From IMG/VR virus record IMGVR_UViG_3300032046_000021, positions 3,309 to 67,308 of that record: DNA of 64,000 bases, one strand, 5' to 3'. Both the position numbers and the translations under genes were made by a program. The DNA comes from a virus. Of this stretch, positions 27,070 through 36,325 are shown one piece after another. The notes beneath the pieces were generated by a model. The model saw only the letters and a program-made list of their open reading frames with translations. It was not told where the DNA came from and did no database searches. The number at the start of each line of letters is the position of its first letter. The first letter of the stretch is position 1.

Positions 27070-29543
27070 CGGCCTATGATTTGGTAACGCTAGAGGCCGT
27101 AGATAAAAATGGAAAGTCCGACATCTACCTGTGGGGCCGTGATGAGCAAGGAAACCGCAAACGTTTTGTCGATAGAACATGGAGTCCGTATTTTTACATT
27201 CCCAAAGGAGCTACACTTCTAACTGACTTACTTCACCGTACAGGTGAAATCGTTCCTGATTTATTCGGTGAATGGACAGAAAAAATTACAACCCCCTTAT
27301 CCGGTAATGTTGGACAACTACGTAAACTCTTCACTAAGCACTGGCAAGCTGACATACTTCCCGAAATCGCGTATCTGGTTGAAAAGGGCATTTACGCATC
27401 TTTTGAGGCAATTGAACAGGACGGAAAGTTAAAGATTCAACCTTGTGACCCCGTATACGCTCAGTTAAGGATTTGTTTCATGGACATGGAGGTTGACGCT
27501 ACTGCAGAAAGGTTTCCAGAGGCAAAGGATGCGTTAGAAGCAATCGTGTCAGTTGCAGCGTTCGATACAAAGTTGGAGTTGTGGGTACTATTCTGTTGGC
27601 GACAAGATCAGGAACCTTGTGACGTTTTAGTATCCGATGATACTGTAGTCAGGATTTTTAACAACGAGAAAGACATGATAAAGGCAATTGTCAACTATTA
27701 TGCATCGAGAGGATTCGACTGCTTCATAGGATGGAATACTAATACTTGGGACTGGCCGTATTTGATTAATCGGTGCAGGATTTTGAACGTCGAGTATAAA
27801 ATCATATCGCCAGTATGGTCATTCTTTTACAGAGAGAAATTTGATCTAGAATCGAAACAAATAAAGATTCAGGTAGTTTGCAAAGGTCGAGTGATGTTCG
27901 ACGGACTTGAGACGTATAAAAAGATGACGTCATTTGAAGCAAAGTTGGAGTCATATTCATTAGAATATGTAGTTTGGCATGAGTTGAAGGAAATAAGAAT
28001 CAAGCAAGTGATTCATGACTTATGGCAAACAGATGATATTTTACAGGTAGCTTACTACCCCAAAAAAGATGCGGATTGGGTAGTTAGGATTTTCAAGAAA
28101 CGACAAATCATCGAATACTATTCAATGATTCGTAGGTACACAGGATGTCGATTAGAGGATTCGCATGTTAACTCGAAGATATTGGATTCGTTAATTTTGC
28201 ACCGTGCAAAGGCTGAAGGGTTCGTCCTACCTTCAAAACGTCCTTACGATCCCAACCGTAAACCAAAGAAAGAATCTTCATATAAAGGAGCAATGGTTAG
28301 AGAGCCTAAAGTCGGCCTGCACTGGTGTGTGGGTGTTCTAGACTTTAGAAGTCATTACCCGTACATCATCATAGCGTGTAACATGAGTCCAGAACGTCTA
28401 GACCCCAACGGCGATATCGAGGTTGGTAATGGGGTTAGGTTCGCTAGCACGCCCGAAGGTTTCGTTCCACGAGTAATTCGTGGATTAGTCAATGAACGTG
28501 GCATTATTACGAAAAAGATGGAAGCGTTAGTGATTGATTCTCCAGAATGGAATCTCTTATATCAGCACCAGTTTGCATTGAAGTTCTTAATCACATCATT
28601 TTACGGAGTTTTTGCATACGCCGGATTCAGGTTGTATAGATTGGAAATTGCGTATTCTATCACATATCTCGGAAGAGATTTGATGCAACACGCGATCAAT
28701 GTTGTTGAGAGTGATAAATGGATAAAACGATCAGTTATCTACGGCGACACTGACTCATTATTCAACACAATGAAAGAAGTAAGTTGGGACGAGTTAGTTA
28801 GAGTTAGCGAGATGGTGAACGCCGAACTAAGGCAGTTATGTATTGATAGAAAGTATCTAACGTACGTTTCAATGAAAGCAGAGAGAGTTTACGATGGGAT
28901 CATATTCACGTATTTGAGAGGAGCAACAAAGGTAAAGTTACATAGAAGGAAGAAAAAAACGAAACAAGAGGGAGCAAAGAAGAAGTATTACGGGAGGATT
29001 AAGTGGCAAGATAGTAAGTTCTTATCAATAGATAAGTGGGATAATAAGAACATGGCTGCTAAGAGGTCGGATTCATCTCGGTTTACACACGAGGTTCAGA
29101 CTAAGGTGTTACAGGATCCTATTAACAAAGTCTCTGTTTCAATCGTAGAAGCATACCTTAAAGAGATGAAGGTAGAATTTCGGAAGCGACCGCTAGTCGA
29201 GATAGGCATTCCACGAGGGGTTAAAACCTTTTATGATAACTCTCCCTGGAGTAGAGGTGCATTGTGGACTCGTGATCACTTTGACCCCCTAGTACTACAA
29301 CATTTGAAGCCAAAGTTGCTATATGTGAAACCGTCCGAAATCGGTAAACTAAAGAAGAGAGACGGTAAGTTTTGTACGCCAACTGACGCAGTTTGTTTCG
29401 ATGACCCCACCACACTTCCTGAAGACATACGGAAATGTATTGATTGGGAAAAGATGATCGAGAAGACCATTACTGCCAAGACGGAGGAAATTATTGCCGC
29501 AATATCGGTAAAGAAACAAAAATTACTGGGGGCATTTATGTGA
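27066..29543 (+). CDS. polB: Family B DNA polymerase
   Basis: ExoI DME, ExoII WN...WDWPYL, motif A DFRSHYP, motif B KFLITSFYG, motif C YGDTDS, KKKY. Confidence 0.96.
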   Translation: MTAYDLVTLEAVDKNGKSDIYLWGRDEQGNRKRFVDRTWSPYFYIPKGATLLTDLLHRTGEIVPDLFGEWTEKITTPLSGNVGQLRKLFTKHWQADILPEIAYLVEKGIYASFEAIEQDGKLKIQPCDPVYAQLRICFMDMEVDATAERFPEAKDALEAIVSVAAFDTKLELWVLFCWRQDQEPCDVLVSDDTVVRIFNNEKDMIKAIVNYYASRGFDCFIGWNTNTWDWPYLINRCRILNVEYKIISPVWSFFYREKFDLESKQIKIQVVCKGRVMFDGLETYKKMTSFEAKLESYSLEYVVWHELKEIRIKQVIHDLWQTDDILQVAYYPKKDADWVVRIFKKRQIIEYYSMIRRYTGCRLEDSHVNSKILDSLILHRAKAEGFVLPSKRPYDPNRKPKKESSYKGAMVREPKVGLHWCVGVLDFRSHYPYIIIACNMSPERLDPNGDIEVGNGVRFASTPEGFVPRVIRGLVNERGIITKKMEALVIDSPEWNLLYQHQFALKFLITSFYGVFAYAGFRLYRLEIAYSITYLGRDLMQHAINVVESDKWIKRSVIYGDTDSLFNTMKEVSWDELVRVSEMVNAELRQLCIDRKYLTYVSMKAERVYDGIIFTYLRGATKVKLHRRKKKTKQEGAKKKYYGRIKWQDSKFLSIDKWDNKNMAAKRSDSSRFTHEVQTKVLQDPINKVSVSIVEAYLKEMKVEFRKRPLVEIGIPRGVKTFYDNSPWSRGALWTRDHFDPLVLQHLKPKLLYVKPSEIGKLKKRDGKFCTPTDAVCFDDPTTLPEDIRKCIDWEKMIEKTITAKTEEIIAAISVKKQKLLGAFM

Positions 29544-30310
29544 GTGAAGGGCCTCATGAATTCCGTATTCCAACCGAACCCAAAGACTGGATCACCAAGA
29601 GTCGAATTCAATCCTATAAGACTTGTAAACGACAGTACTATTACTTTGCAATCAAGCAACTTACGTTCACAGCTACAGGTCCCATGCTGGAAGGTAGAAA
29701 ATTCCACTACTCCTCATCTAAATTTTATAGGGTTGTGAACGTAAGGGAAAAGCCAACTTTTGAATACTACCGTTCCCTACTACCACTAGACAAAGACGTT
29801 AATGGATTGTATGATAACTTTGCACGCTTCGAAGTCGATAGGATGTTAGAGATTATCAAGTCTCACCTAGATCCCGCAATATACTTCCTCCCCATACTTA
29901 ACGAAGCAACTATTCGACTCCCTGAGCAAAAGATGAGCGGCCATATCGATAGATGCTGGTTGATGAGAGAGGGACAAGGCTTTAATGCGGTAGTAATGGA
30001 GATTAAGAAGGGCAAGATTACTTCAAAAACGTCGTTGAGACGCGAAACGAGTTTTTACGTGTACCTGATAAGTCAGACGGAACTTAAAGATTACATAGGA
30101 GTTACTCCAGGATACTTAGGAGCGTATTCACCGTTAAACAATGAGTATTGGTTCGAAAAGTTAGCGACCAAAACGTGGAACACCCTATTTACAACCTTAG
30201 ATGAAATGACATTCGACTTGTTAACGTTTGGAGAAGATGAGGAAAAATGGCCGAAGAATCAGTTCGTGGATTGCACCTACTGTCCATACGAACGTTTGTG
30301 TTGGCTATAG
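29540..30310 (+). CDS. Cas4-like/AddB PD-(D/E)XK exonuclease
   Basis: CKRQYY, GHID, EIK, C-terminal CTYCPYERLC. Start reassigned to GTG 29540. Confidence 0.85.
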   Translation: MSEGPHEFRIPTEPKDWITKSRIQSYKTCKRQYYYFAIKQLTFTATGPMLEGRKFHYSSSKFYRVVNVREKPTFEYYRSLLPLDKDVNGLYDNFARFEVDRMLEIIKSHLDPAIYFLPILNEATIRLPEQKMSGHIDRCWLMREGQGFNAVVMEIKKGKITSKTSLRRETSFYVYLISQTELKDYIGVTPGYLGAYSPLNNEYWFEKLATKTWNTLFTTLDEMTFDLLTFGEDEEKWPKNQFVDCTYCPYERLCWL

Positions 30311-30320
30311 GGGTGGTGGA

Positions 30321-30617
30321 ATGAGCAAATCAGAGAGCTTTAAACAAGTATTAGGACCGTTGAAGAATGCCAAATCAGCAACTATCAGAGTTGCGTGCAC
30401 TTCAGAGCAACGAACGCTAGTGGAAAAATACCTAGTCAAGGTTACAGGGTTTCCGTTTGTAGATAAGAGAAAGTATGCTACTACATACTTTTTGCCCAGT
30501 GGTTCGAAGATAATATTATTGCACGAGAAACTCCTTGGTCCACTGTTTAAGAGTAAAGTGGAGTTCGATATACGACAGTGGCCTATAAAGAGGATAGAAG
30601 AGTTCTTCAAGCTTTAA
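30321..30617 (+). CDS. Hypothetical protein
   Basis: ATG 30321 after GGGGTGG. Confidence 0.6.
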   Translation: MSKSESFKQVLGPLKNAKSATIRVACTSEQRTLVEKYLVKVTGFPFVDKRKYATTYFLPSGSKIILLHEKLLGPLFKSKVEFDIRQWPIKRIEEFFKL

Positions 30618-30618
30618 G

Positions 30619-31335
30619 GTGACTAAGATGCCGATAGAGTGGGAACGTAAAGATACTACTATTCAGGTTTGTGGTAGTGGCGAGCTAAAACCTAATGTAC
30701 TCTATGTTGACGTGCATGAACCTGCTACTGTACACAAAGTGTTACAAGATAAAGGGATTCCATTCCAAGTCAAAAGTCTACAACCACTAGGAGACTTTGT
30801 GTACAATAACGCGAGTTGTGAAAGGAAGACTATCTTCGACCTTGCTGCTTCAACCTTAAGTGACCGTATATCAAAACAGTTCGAAAAGGTACCCGAGGGT
30901 TACTATAAGATGTTGATGATAATTCATCCTCTCAGCATGTTGAAGGAAGATTTTCATACTAAAAACATAAACGAAGACTTTGTGTACGGGAGTATTGCGT
31001 CGTTGGCAGTGAGGTATAATGCAAGGATTTTGTGGGGGTACACCGAGAGAGAAACGATACCAGTTATGGTGAAGATGTTGAAGAAGTTTTCAGAGAACAA
31101 GGCGGATGTACCAAGACAACATACAATTGGTAAAGGTGCAGGATCGAGGGTTGGTAATATCATTAGGAATTTCTTACGGGTAGAACCGGGTATCGCGAGT
31201 GCATTGGTTGCTAACTCCACTAGATGTAATAAGGGAGTATTAAAGTATATCATGGAGGCAAAGGACAGTGAGTTAATGTTGATTAGTGGGATGGGTCCAG
31301 TAACTATCAAGAGGATTAGGGAGTTAGTGGGTTAA
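30619..31335 (+). CDS. ERCC4/XPF (Hef-like) structure-specific nuclease
   Basis: VDVHE, GDF...ERKT, C-terminal HhH ISGMGP. Confidence 0.88.
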   Translation: MTKMPIEWERKDTTIQVCGSGELKPNVLYVDVHEPATVHKVLQDKGIPFQVKSLQPLGDFVYNNASCERKTIFDLAASTLSDRISKQFEKVPEGYYKMLMIIHPLSMLKEDFHTKNINEDFVYGSIASLAVRYNARILWGYTERETIPVMVKMLKKFSENKADVPRQHTIGKGAGSRVGNIIRNFLRVEPGIASALVANSTRCNKGVLKYIMEAKDSELMLISGMGPVTIKRIRELVG

Positions 31336-31445
31336 TGTTAGGGCAATATGTTATCTTAAGATTTCAGATTTGGGACGCGACGCGTCTAAGTTTTTTTCGA
31401 AGTCTTAAGACATCAGATAGTTTATCTCAGGCAGTGTGAACTTCC

Positions 31446-32645
31446 ATGAACTCCCCTTACAACCTCTGCATGCGTTCACTCTATGACCGCAAGCTCGCGT
31501 TCGTAGATAAATTCTTTCCCACTTACCTCTGCTCTATCGGTGCACACTTGATAAACGTAGAAAACAAAGCAAGGTTCATCTACTTCGAGCACAAGATACC
31601 TGCCGATCTAAGAGTTCACATGTTTATAGTTGCACCTCCGGGATTCATGAAGTCGTATATTCTATTTCAACTCCTGGATCCAAACTTTGGTGTCCTTGCT
31701 GATTGCCAGGAGCCGGGGTTTGGTACTGAAGCTGATAAATGTGGAGTCGGTATCGGGTTTGAAGGGGCAATGACAGAGGCAGCGTGGACGGGTACTATTA
31801 TTTCAAACGAAGGATCATCAGAAACACAATACGGTGCTGCTTATGAGCATCGAAATAATATAGTTGGTATTGAGGAGTTTTCAGTTATTACCGATGCACT
31901 GAAACAGTCACACTCTTCAACTCTCGGTAACCAGTTACTAACGTCACTAGATAAGGGGTTCCTTAAAAAGAGATTAGGGAGAGGAAAAGTATTTTATCAG
32001 ACCCAAGTAACGTTATGGACTGGTAGTCAACCTGCTAGGTTTGATTTGAGCGCGGGACTTCCACGCCGATTCTATTTCATAGAATTCATTCCAACAAAAG
32101 AAGAGAAAGCGATAATCAGAAATATGAGACGTTCAGGACAAAATGTGAATCCAGACACGAGAGAGAAAATGGAAATCCGCGATTCCTTTATTACACTTTG
32201 CAAGAAATTAAAGAAAGTAAAACGAATACGCTTCGATGAATCAATTCATACATTCTTTGACCAGTTCAAAATGTTACACTTTGAAGAACCCCTCTATGAA
32301 CGCATTGCATTAGGTTACACGATTATGACGAATAATTTTGAAGATGAAATTACCGTTCATATGACACCAGAATTAAAGACTGTTATGTTACAAGGAATGC
32401 AATGGCGACGTTCAATTAAACTAGACTCAGAGATTAATCAAATAATAACGTTGTTAAAAGATGAGGGCGGAAAGATGACAATGCAAGATAGTTTGTTAGC
32501 GTTGGCAGATTTTGGGGTCGATTATATTCGAGGAGTTGACATAATCGACAGAGCGGTTAGAAGTAGAAGAATACTACGAACAGGAGATATGTTGGCGTTG
32601 AAATGGTTTGTGGGGGTGAAGAAGGATGCCAAAAAATTGGAATGA
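31446..32645 (+). CDS. MCM-like AAA+ ATPase/helicase lacking the MCM N-terminal domain
   Basis: HMFIVAPPGFMKS (Walker A variant), TEAAWTG, GIEEF (Walker B), LPRRF arginine finger. Confidence 0.7.
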   Translation: MNSPYNLCMRSLYDRKLAFVDKFFPTYLCSIGAHLINVENKARFIYFEHKIPADLRVHMFIVAPPGFMKSYILFQLLDPNFGVLADCQEPGFGTEADKCGVGIGFEGAMTEAAWTGTIISNEGSSETQYGAAYEHRNNIVGIEEFSVITDALKQSHSSTLGNQLLTSLDKGFLKKRLGRGKVFYQTQVTLWTGSQPARFDLSAGLPRRFYFIEFIPTKEEKAIIRNMRRSGQNVNPDTREKMEIRDSFITLCKKLKKVKRIRFDESIHTFFDQFKMLHFEEPLYERIALGYTIMTNNFEDEITVHMTPELKTVMLQGMQWRRSIKLDSEINQIITLLKDEGGKMTMQDSLLALADFGVDYIRGVDIIDRAVRSRRILRTGDMLALKWFVGVKKDAKKLE

Positions 32646-32935
32646 ACTAGAAGAGAGGGTCAGTAGACCGCGTACCAGTAAACTGCGGCCACCTATGCCG
32701 ACTGAGATACAAATAAACAATATAATCAACAAATTGTGCATACAGCAGTGCGGTAAAATACCAACTCACATCTCTGAGTGTAAGGGATGTACTATTGAGC
32801 ATAGTAGTGCTGGCGTACACTCAATATATACTTGTAAGGTACGATTACTATCCGATAACATCAACTTTGCTCTAGAGATGAGGTGGAGGGATCTTACTAC
32901 TCACTACTATAAGGAATTAAAAGAGGTGATAATAG

Positions 32936-33316
32936 ATGCCGAAAACACTACAAATAATACTTGAAGAGGAGGTTCATAGGAAATTCAAACTCTGGTGCAT
33001 CTCAAAAAATAAAGCGATGTCAGAGTTTGTAAAAGAACTCATACTCAAATGTATCGAGGGTTTCGATCCTAACGAAGTGATAAAACTGACATCAATGATA
33101 GACGCATGCAAACATGTAGAACTAACGACAGCAAGTGGAGCAGTGATACGGTTACCTATTCCAAATCTAGTTGAAAAAGTTGGAAATCAAACAATCATAA
33201 CCGTGCCTAATGACACAGCCGAGGAGGATATAGAGTTGATTGGAACTGTTCCCAACTCTGTCGTAAAGACGAATAAGGAATGGAGAACTGATGTACCTTT
33301 ATCGACATTGGGGTGA
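32936..33316 (+). CDS. RHH-like DNA-binding protein, paralog of 3974..4417
   Basis: LQIILEEEVHRKFKLWC...MSEFVKELI. Confidence 0.75.
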   Translation: MPKTLQIILEEEVHRKFKLWCISKNKAMSEFVKELILKCIEGFDPNEVIKLTSMIDACKHVELTTASGAVIRLPIPNLVEKVGNQTIITVPNDTAEEDIELIGTVPNSVVKTNKEWRTDVPLSTLG

Positions 33317-33320
33317 GAAT

Positions 33321-33644
33321 GTGGAGCTAAGTAAGTTGATAAAAATCTACGCAGTTGCAAATCTACGACATTCCAAATGTACAAATCCTAACCACGACGA
33401 GTTTGGACACTTATGTGAAGAAATGATTGAGTTGAAGGCTGCATGTAACTCTGATGATAGAGTTAAGATTGCAGAGGAGTTAGCGGATGTTGTGATAGTT
33501 GCAGTGATGTTCGCGAATAAGCTTAATATTGACTTGGCAATAGCGTTGGAAGAGAAGACAGCAAAGAATTTCAGGGACGGTAGATTAGGTACCCTGGATG
33601 TCATAGGTACAAGGCAGGGACAGATGCCTCAGTACACAGCTTGA
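33321..33644 (+). CDS. MazG-like NTP pyrophosphohydrolase
   Basis: LCEEMIEL...IAEELADVVI...IDLAIALEEK..KN. Confidence 0.85.
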   Translation: MELSKLIKIYAVANLRHSKCTNPNHDEFGHLCEEMIELKAACNSDDRVKIAEELADVVIVAVMFANKLNIDLAIALEEKTAKNFRDGRLGTLDVIGTRQGQMPQYTA

Positions 33645-33645
33645 T

Positions 33646-34316
33646 ATGGGAGGTGATAAACAAACCATGTCGACTGAGAAACCGAAACATATGGGAACTA
33701 AGTTCCTAGCGCTCTTCTTTGGAATAGTGCTATCAGTGATGTACGCAATTGCGACGTTCTTCGGCTTTGCACCGTTGCTGACTTCCAGCACACTGATGAA
33801 CATTGCGATGGTCACAGCATTTTTTGTGCTGTTCTGGCCTTGGATCATAATGCTAGGAGAAATCTTCTGGCGCTTTGTACACAAATACAGCGAAAAGTTC
33901 CCGGTTGAGTAGGAGGTGAAAACGTGACAGAAAAAGAAATGATACCACAATGGAAGCAAGTACTGAAGGCAGGAGTCATCATTGCAACAGTGATTTTCAC
34001 TGCCCTTGAACTAATGATTGCTAGCGGTATAACGACACTCCAAAACAGTCCATTGCTACCACCGAATCTGCAAACTCAAACGAACTGGTATGATAATCCA
34101 ATCGTTTGGGCAATTGGTGCAGTAATCCTTGTCAACTTTGCTGGATACATTGAGAACACTGTAATCAATAACCAAACCTATGATATTACAAGGTTCGGAG
34201 AAACACTATACAAATACATACCAATGATGATTATAATTTCGCAGTTCCTGCCAAACAACGAAGCAACTGTGTTGTCATTTGTACTCGACTATCTAAAGCG
34301 AACATTCCAGAAATAG
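33646..34316 (+). CDS. Two small membrane proteins (33646..33912, 33924..34316)
   Basis: SD GGAGGTGA; multiple hydrophobic segments. Confidence 0.7.
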
Positions 34317-34327
34317 TTCGCACCCCC

Positions 34328-34350
34328 TTTCTTTTTTTTTTAAAAAAAAG
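34328..34350. terminator. Bidirectional T-run/A-run terminator where the two genome arms converge
   Basis: TTTCTTTTTTTTTT followed by AAAAAAAAG between convergent genes. Confidence 0.75.
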
Positions 34351-34352
34351 GA

Positions 34353-34505
34353 TTACCGGTGAGCTTTTGCCCATTCTTCCGGTGTTCCCAACGGGTACGG
34401 TTTCTGACACCTGTAACACTGCCTTGGAACCTTCTTGGGATCATGTTTTGAAATCGCGAACGTTGAGTGATAATGGCCGCATTGTGGGCAGTTGAATTCG
34501 CCCAT
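34353..34505 (-). CDS. 50-aa Zn-ribbon protein
   Basis: MGEFNCPQCG...CYRCQ; SD GGAGGTGA; TAATG overlap with the upstream gene. Confidence 0.7.
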   Translation of the reverse strand: MGEFNCPQCGHYHSTFAISKHDPKKVPRQCYRCQKPYPLGTPEEWAKAHR

Positions 34506-34795
34506 TATTTCACCTCCGGTTGGAAGTATACAGGCTTATTGCCAGTCCTTGTTGCTAGCCCTCGCATGACTAGATGGTTCAGGTACAAGCATTCTACTGC
34601 TCTTGCACGGTGAGTAATGTTCGCAATGTCTGTTGCAGTTGCTAGTCCCTGTAGTGCCAACGCAAGTGCCGTCTTACGCAAATGATCTGGTAAGCTTAGT
34701 AAGATGTTCCAATCGTATCTCGCTGGTGATTGCTTTTCCTTTCGTTGCAAACGTAGCTCGTCTAGAATCTGTTGCAAAAGCTCTTCGACTGTCAT
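34505..34795 (-). CDS. wHTH regulator (archaeal LLSLPDHLRKT family)
   Basis: LLSLPDHLRKTA...ATATDIA..T.RARAVE..YLN.LV..G. Confidence 0.75.
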   Translation of the reverse strand: MTVEELLQQILDELRLQRKEKQSPARYDWNILLSLPDHLRKTALALALQGLATATDIANITHRARAVECLYLNHLVMRGLATRTGNKPVYFQPEVK

Positions 34796-35241
34796 GATTT
34801 CACTTCCACTGCATTTACATTCATCGTGTAACTGAAGTTGGTGATACCGGTAATAGTTGTCGATACTGCTAATGTTGTAGCAATAGGTATAACGTCAGCT
34901 GGTTTCATCAGTTGTCCTGTGTAGTTCCATGCGACTACTAAGTATATCGGAGCATTAGTAGGAATCCAATCAGTTGTGTTGTAGTTCAATGTTACATTAA
35001 CATTTCCTGAGTTCTTTGCAAAGAAAGTTACTGCAGCCATTTCGCCTGGTGATAGTGTACCCCAATCAATCTGTGTTAGCTTCACTGTGCAAGCACTGTC
35101 GGCAAAAACATCGAACCCGATAGCTCTTATCTTGCCGACGTTAGATATAGGGCGAGTTACCATCAAGGTAACTACAATTGCCGCAAGGATTACAGTCGCA
35201 ATTAAAGCTCCAGCCAAGATTTTTTCATTCTGAGTTGCCAT
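34792..35241 (-). CDS. Secreted/surface beta-sandwich protein resembling a Bathyarchaeia family
   Basis: N-terminal TM, then DSACT...IDWGTLSPG...KNSGN...W.P...WNY...TL.VS..ITGITNFS. Start reassigned to ATG 35241 after SD. Confidence 0.65.
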   Translation of the reverse strand: MATQNEKILAGALIATVILAAIVVTLMVTRPISNVGKIRAIGFDVFADSACTVKLTQIDWGTLSPGEMAAVTFFAKNSGNVNVTLNYNTTDWIPTNAPIYLVVAWNYTGQLMKPADVIPIATTLAVSTTITGITNFSYTMNVNAVEVKS

Positions 35242-35278
35242 ACAATCACCTCCGTTCTTTCTTATCGTAATATTGCCA

Positions 35279-36007
35279 CTAGAACACCCACTTCTTGATG
35301 AACTCAGCTTGTCCGATAGCATAGTTGAAGTTAATGATGACGTTGGTAGCCCAGTTATCATATATAACTGAGTTAGTCGCAAGAATATAGAACGCTATGA
35401 AGACCGATAGAACAAAGCTAGCACCATTGATGAGGTATAGCCATTTGTTGAACTCGAGGCCATGTTTGAAGTATTCTTCCGCATTTGGCGGAGCTACACC
35501 TCGTTCTGCTGCTACAGTAGAGAGTTGTTTGTAATCCCGTAGCTTCTTGATCCATGGTTGGTACATTGAATAGAGAGACCCCGCAAGCAAGATTAGGAAA
35601 GTCATTACGTAGTTGACGTCGATTCCTGCCATTTTCGGTAACAAGTACTTAAGTGACACTGGAATGATGACCGCAATAGCGATGATGACTGCAATTAGCA
35701 TATACTGCATCCGTTTAAGATTCTTTTCAATTGACATACATTCACCCCCTCAAATAGCCTTTCGTTTACGTAGTACTAGACCTACTATGATTCCTGCTAA
35801 GAATCCGCCACCCCACAAAGGCATAATGCCACCAAAGAAGTATGCGTACCAGAATGGCATAGATAAAATAGGAGAATGATATATGAAATACCATATTGCC
35901 GGCTGGTTTGGCACCTGTGTCATCCAATCGAGAGTATTGAATCCGAGAGCCATCATGAAACCTGATAGTATAGCGAATGCAGCAATGACTAATGATCTTG
36001 TTTTCAT
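35279..36007 (-). CDS. Two membrane proteins (35279..35737, 35750..36007)
   Basis: Multiple TM segments; SD motifs. Confidence 0.7.
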
Positions 36008-36034
36008 TCAATCACCTCCAGGAGGTGAAATGAT

Positions 36035-36325
36035 ATGAGATTAGAAACTTTCCTTTCCGTAGTATTAGGTGGTCTTATTATAGTGGATGCAAGTCTTACG
36101 CAGTGGGCAATAAGCAATATTGGTGCTGTTGAACAAAGTCTGTTCGGATTTAATCCGACTGCAATTCTAGCAACCGCTATTTGTCTGGTCTTACTATTCA
36201 TTACATCAAGAAAAGTTCCTGTTGGAATGTTAAAACTACGATCATTAGTGCTAGCAGCGTTTGCTTTTGCTATAGTTATGAGACTATCAGCTATTATCAT
36301 CAATTTGTCTTTCCTCCTTAATTAG
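36035..36325 (+). CDS. Membrane protein (DUF5658-like) oriented against the late operon
   Basis: SD GGAGGTGA at 36021; IVDASLTQWAI..GAVE; three hydrophobic segments. Confidence 0.6.
   Translation: MRLETFLSVVLGGLIIVDASLTQWAISNIGAVEQSLFGFNPTAILATAICLVLLFITSRKVPVGMLKLRSLVLAAFAFAIVMRLSAIIINLSFLLN

Noticed and set aside
27066-29543. Intein in PolB or TerL
   Set aside because: Lengths are normal and no splice-junction motifs were seen; the LAGLIDADG gene is a separate upstream ORF.
36004-36303. Minus-strand 99-aa ORF opposite 36035..36325
   Set aside because: It has no evident SD and no protein-like features, while the plus-strand ORF has a perfect SD and TM helices.
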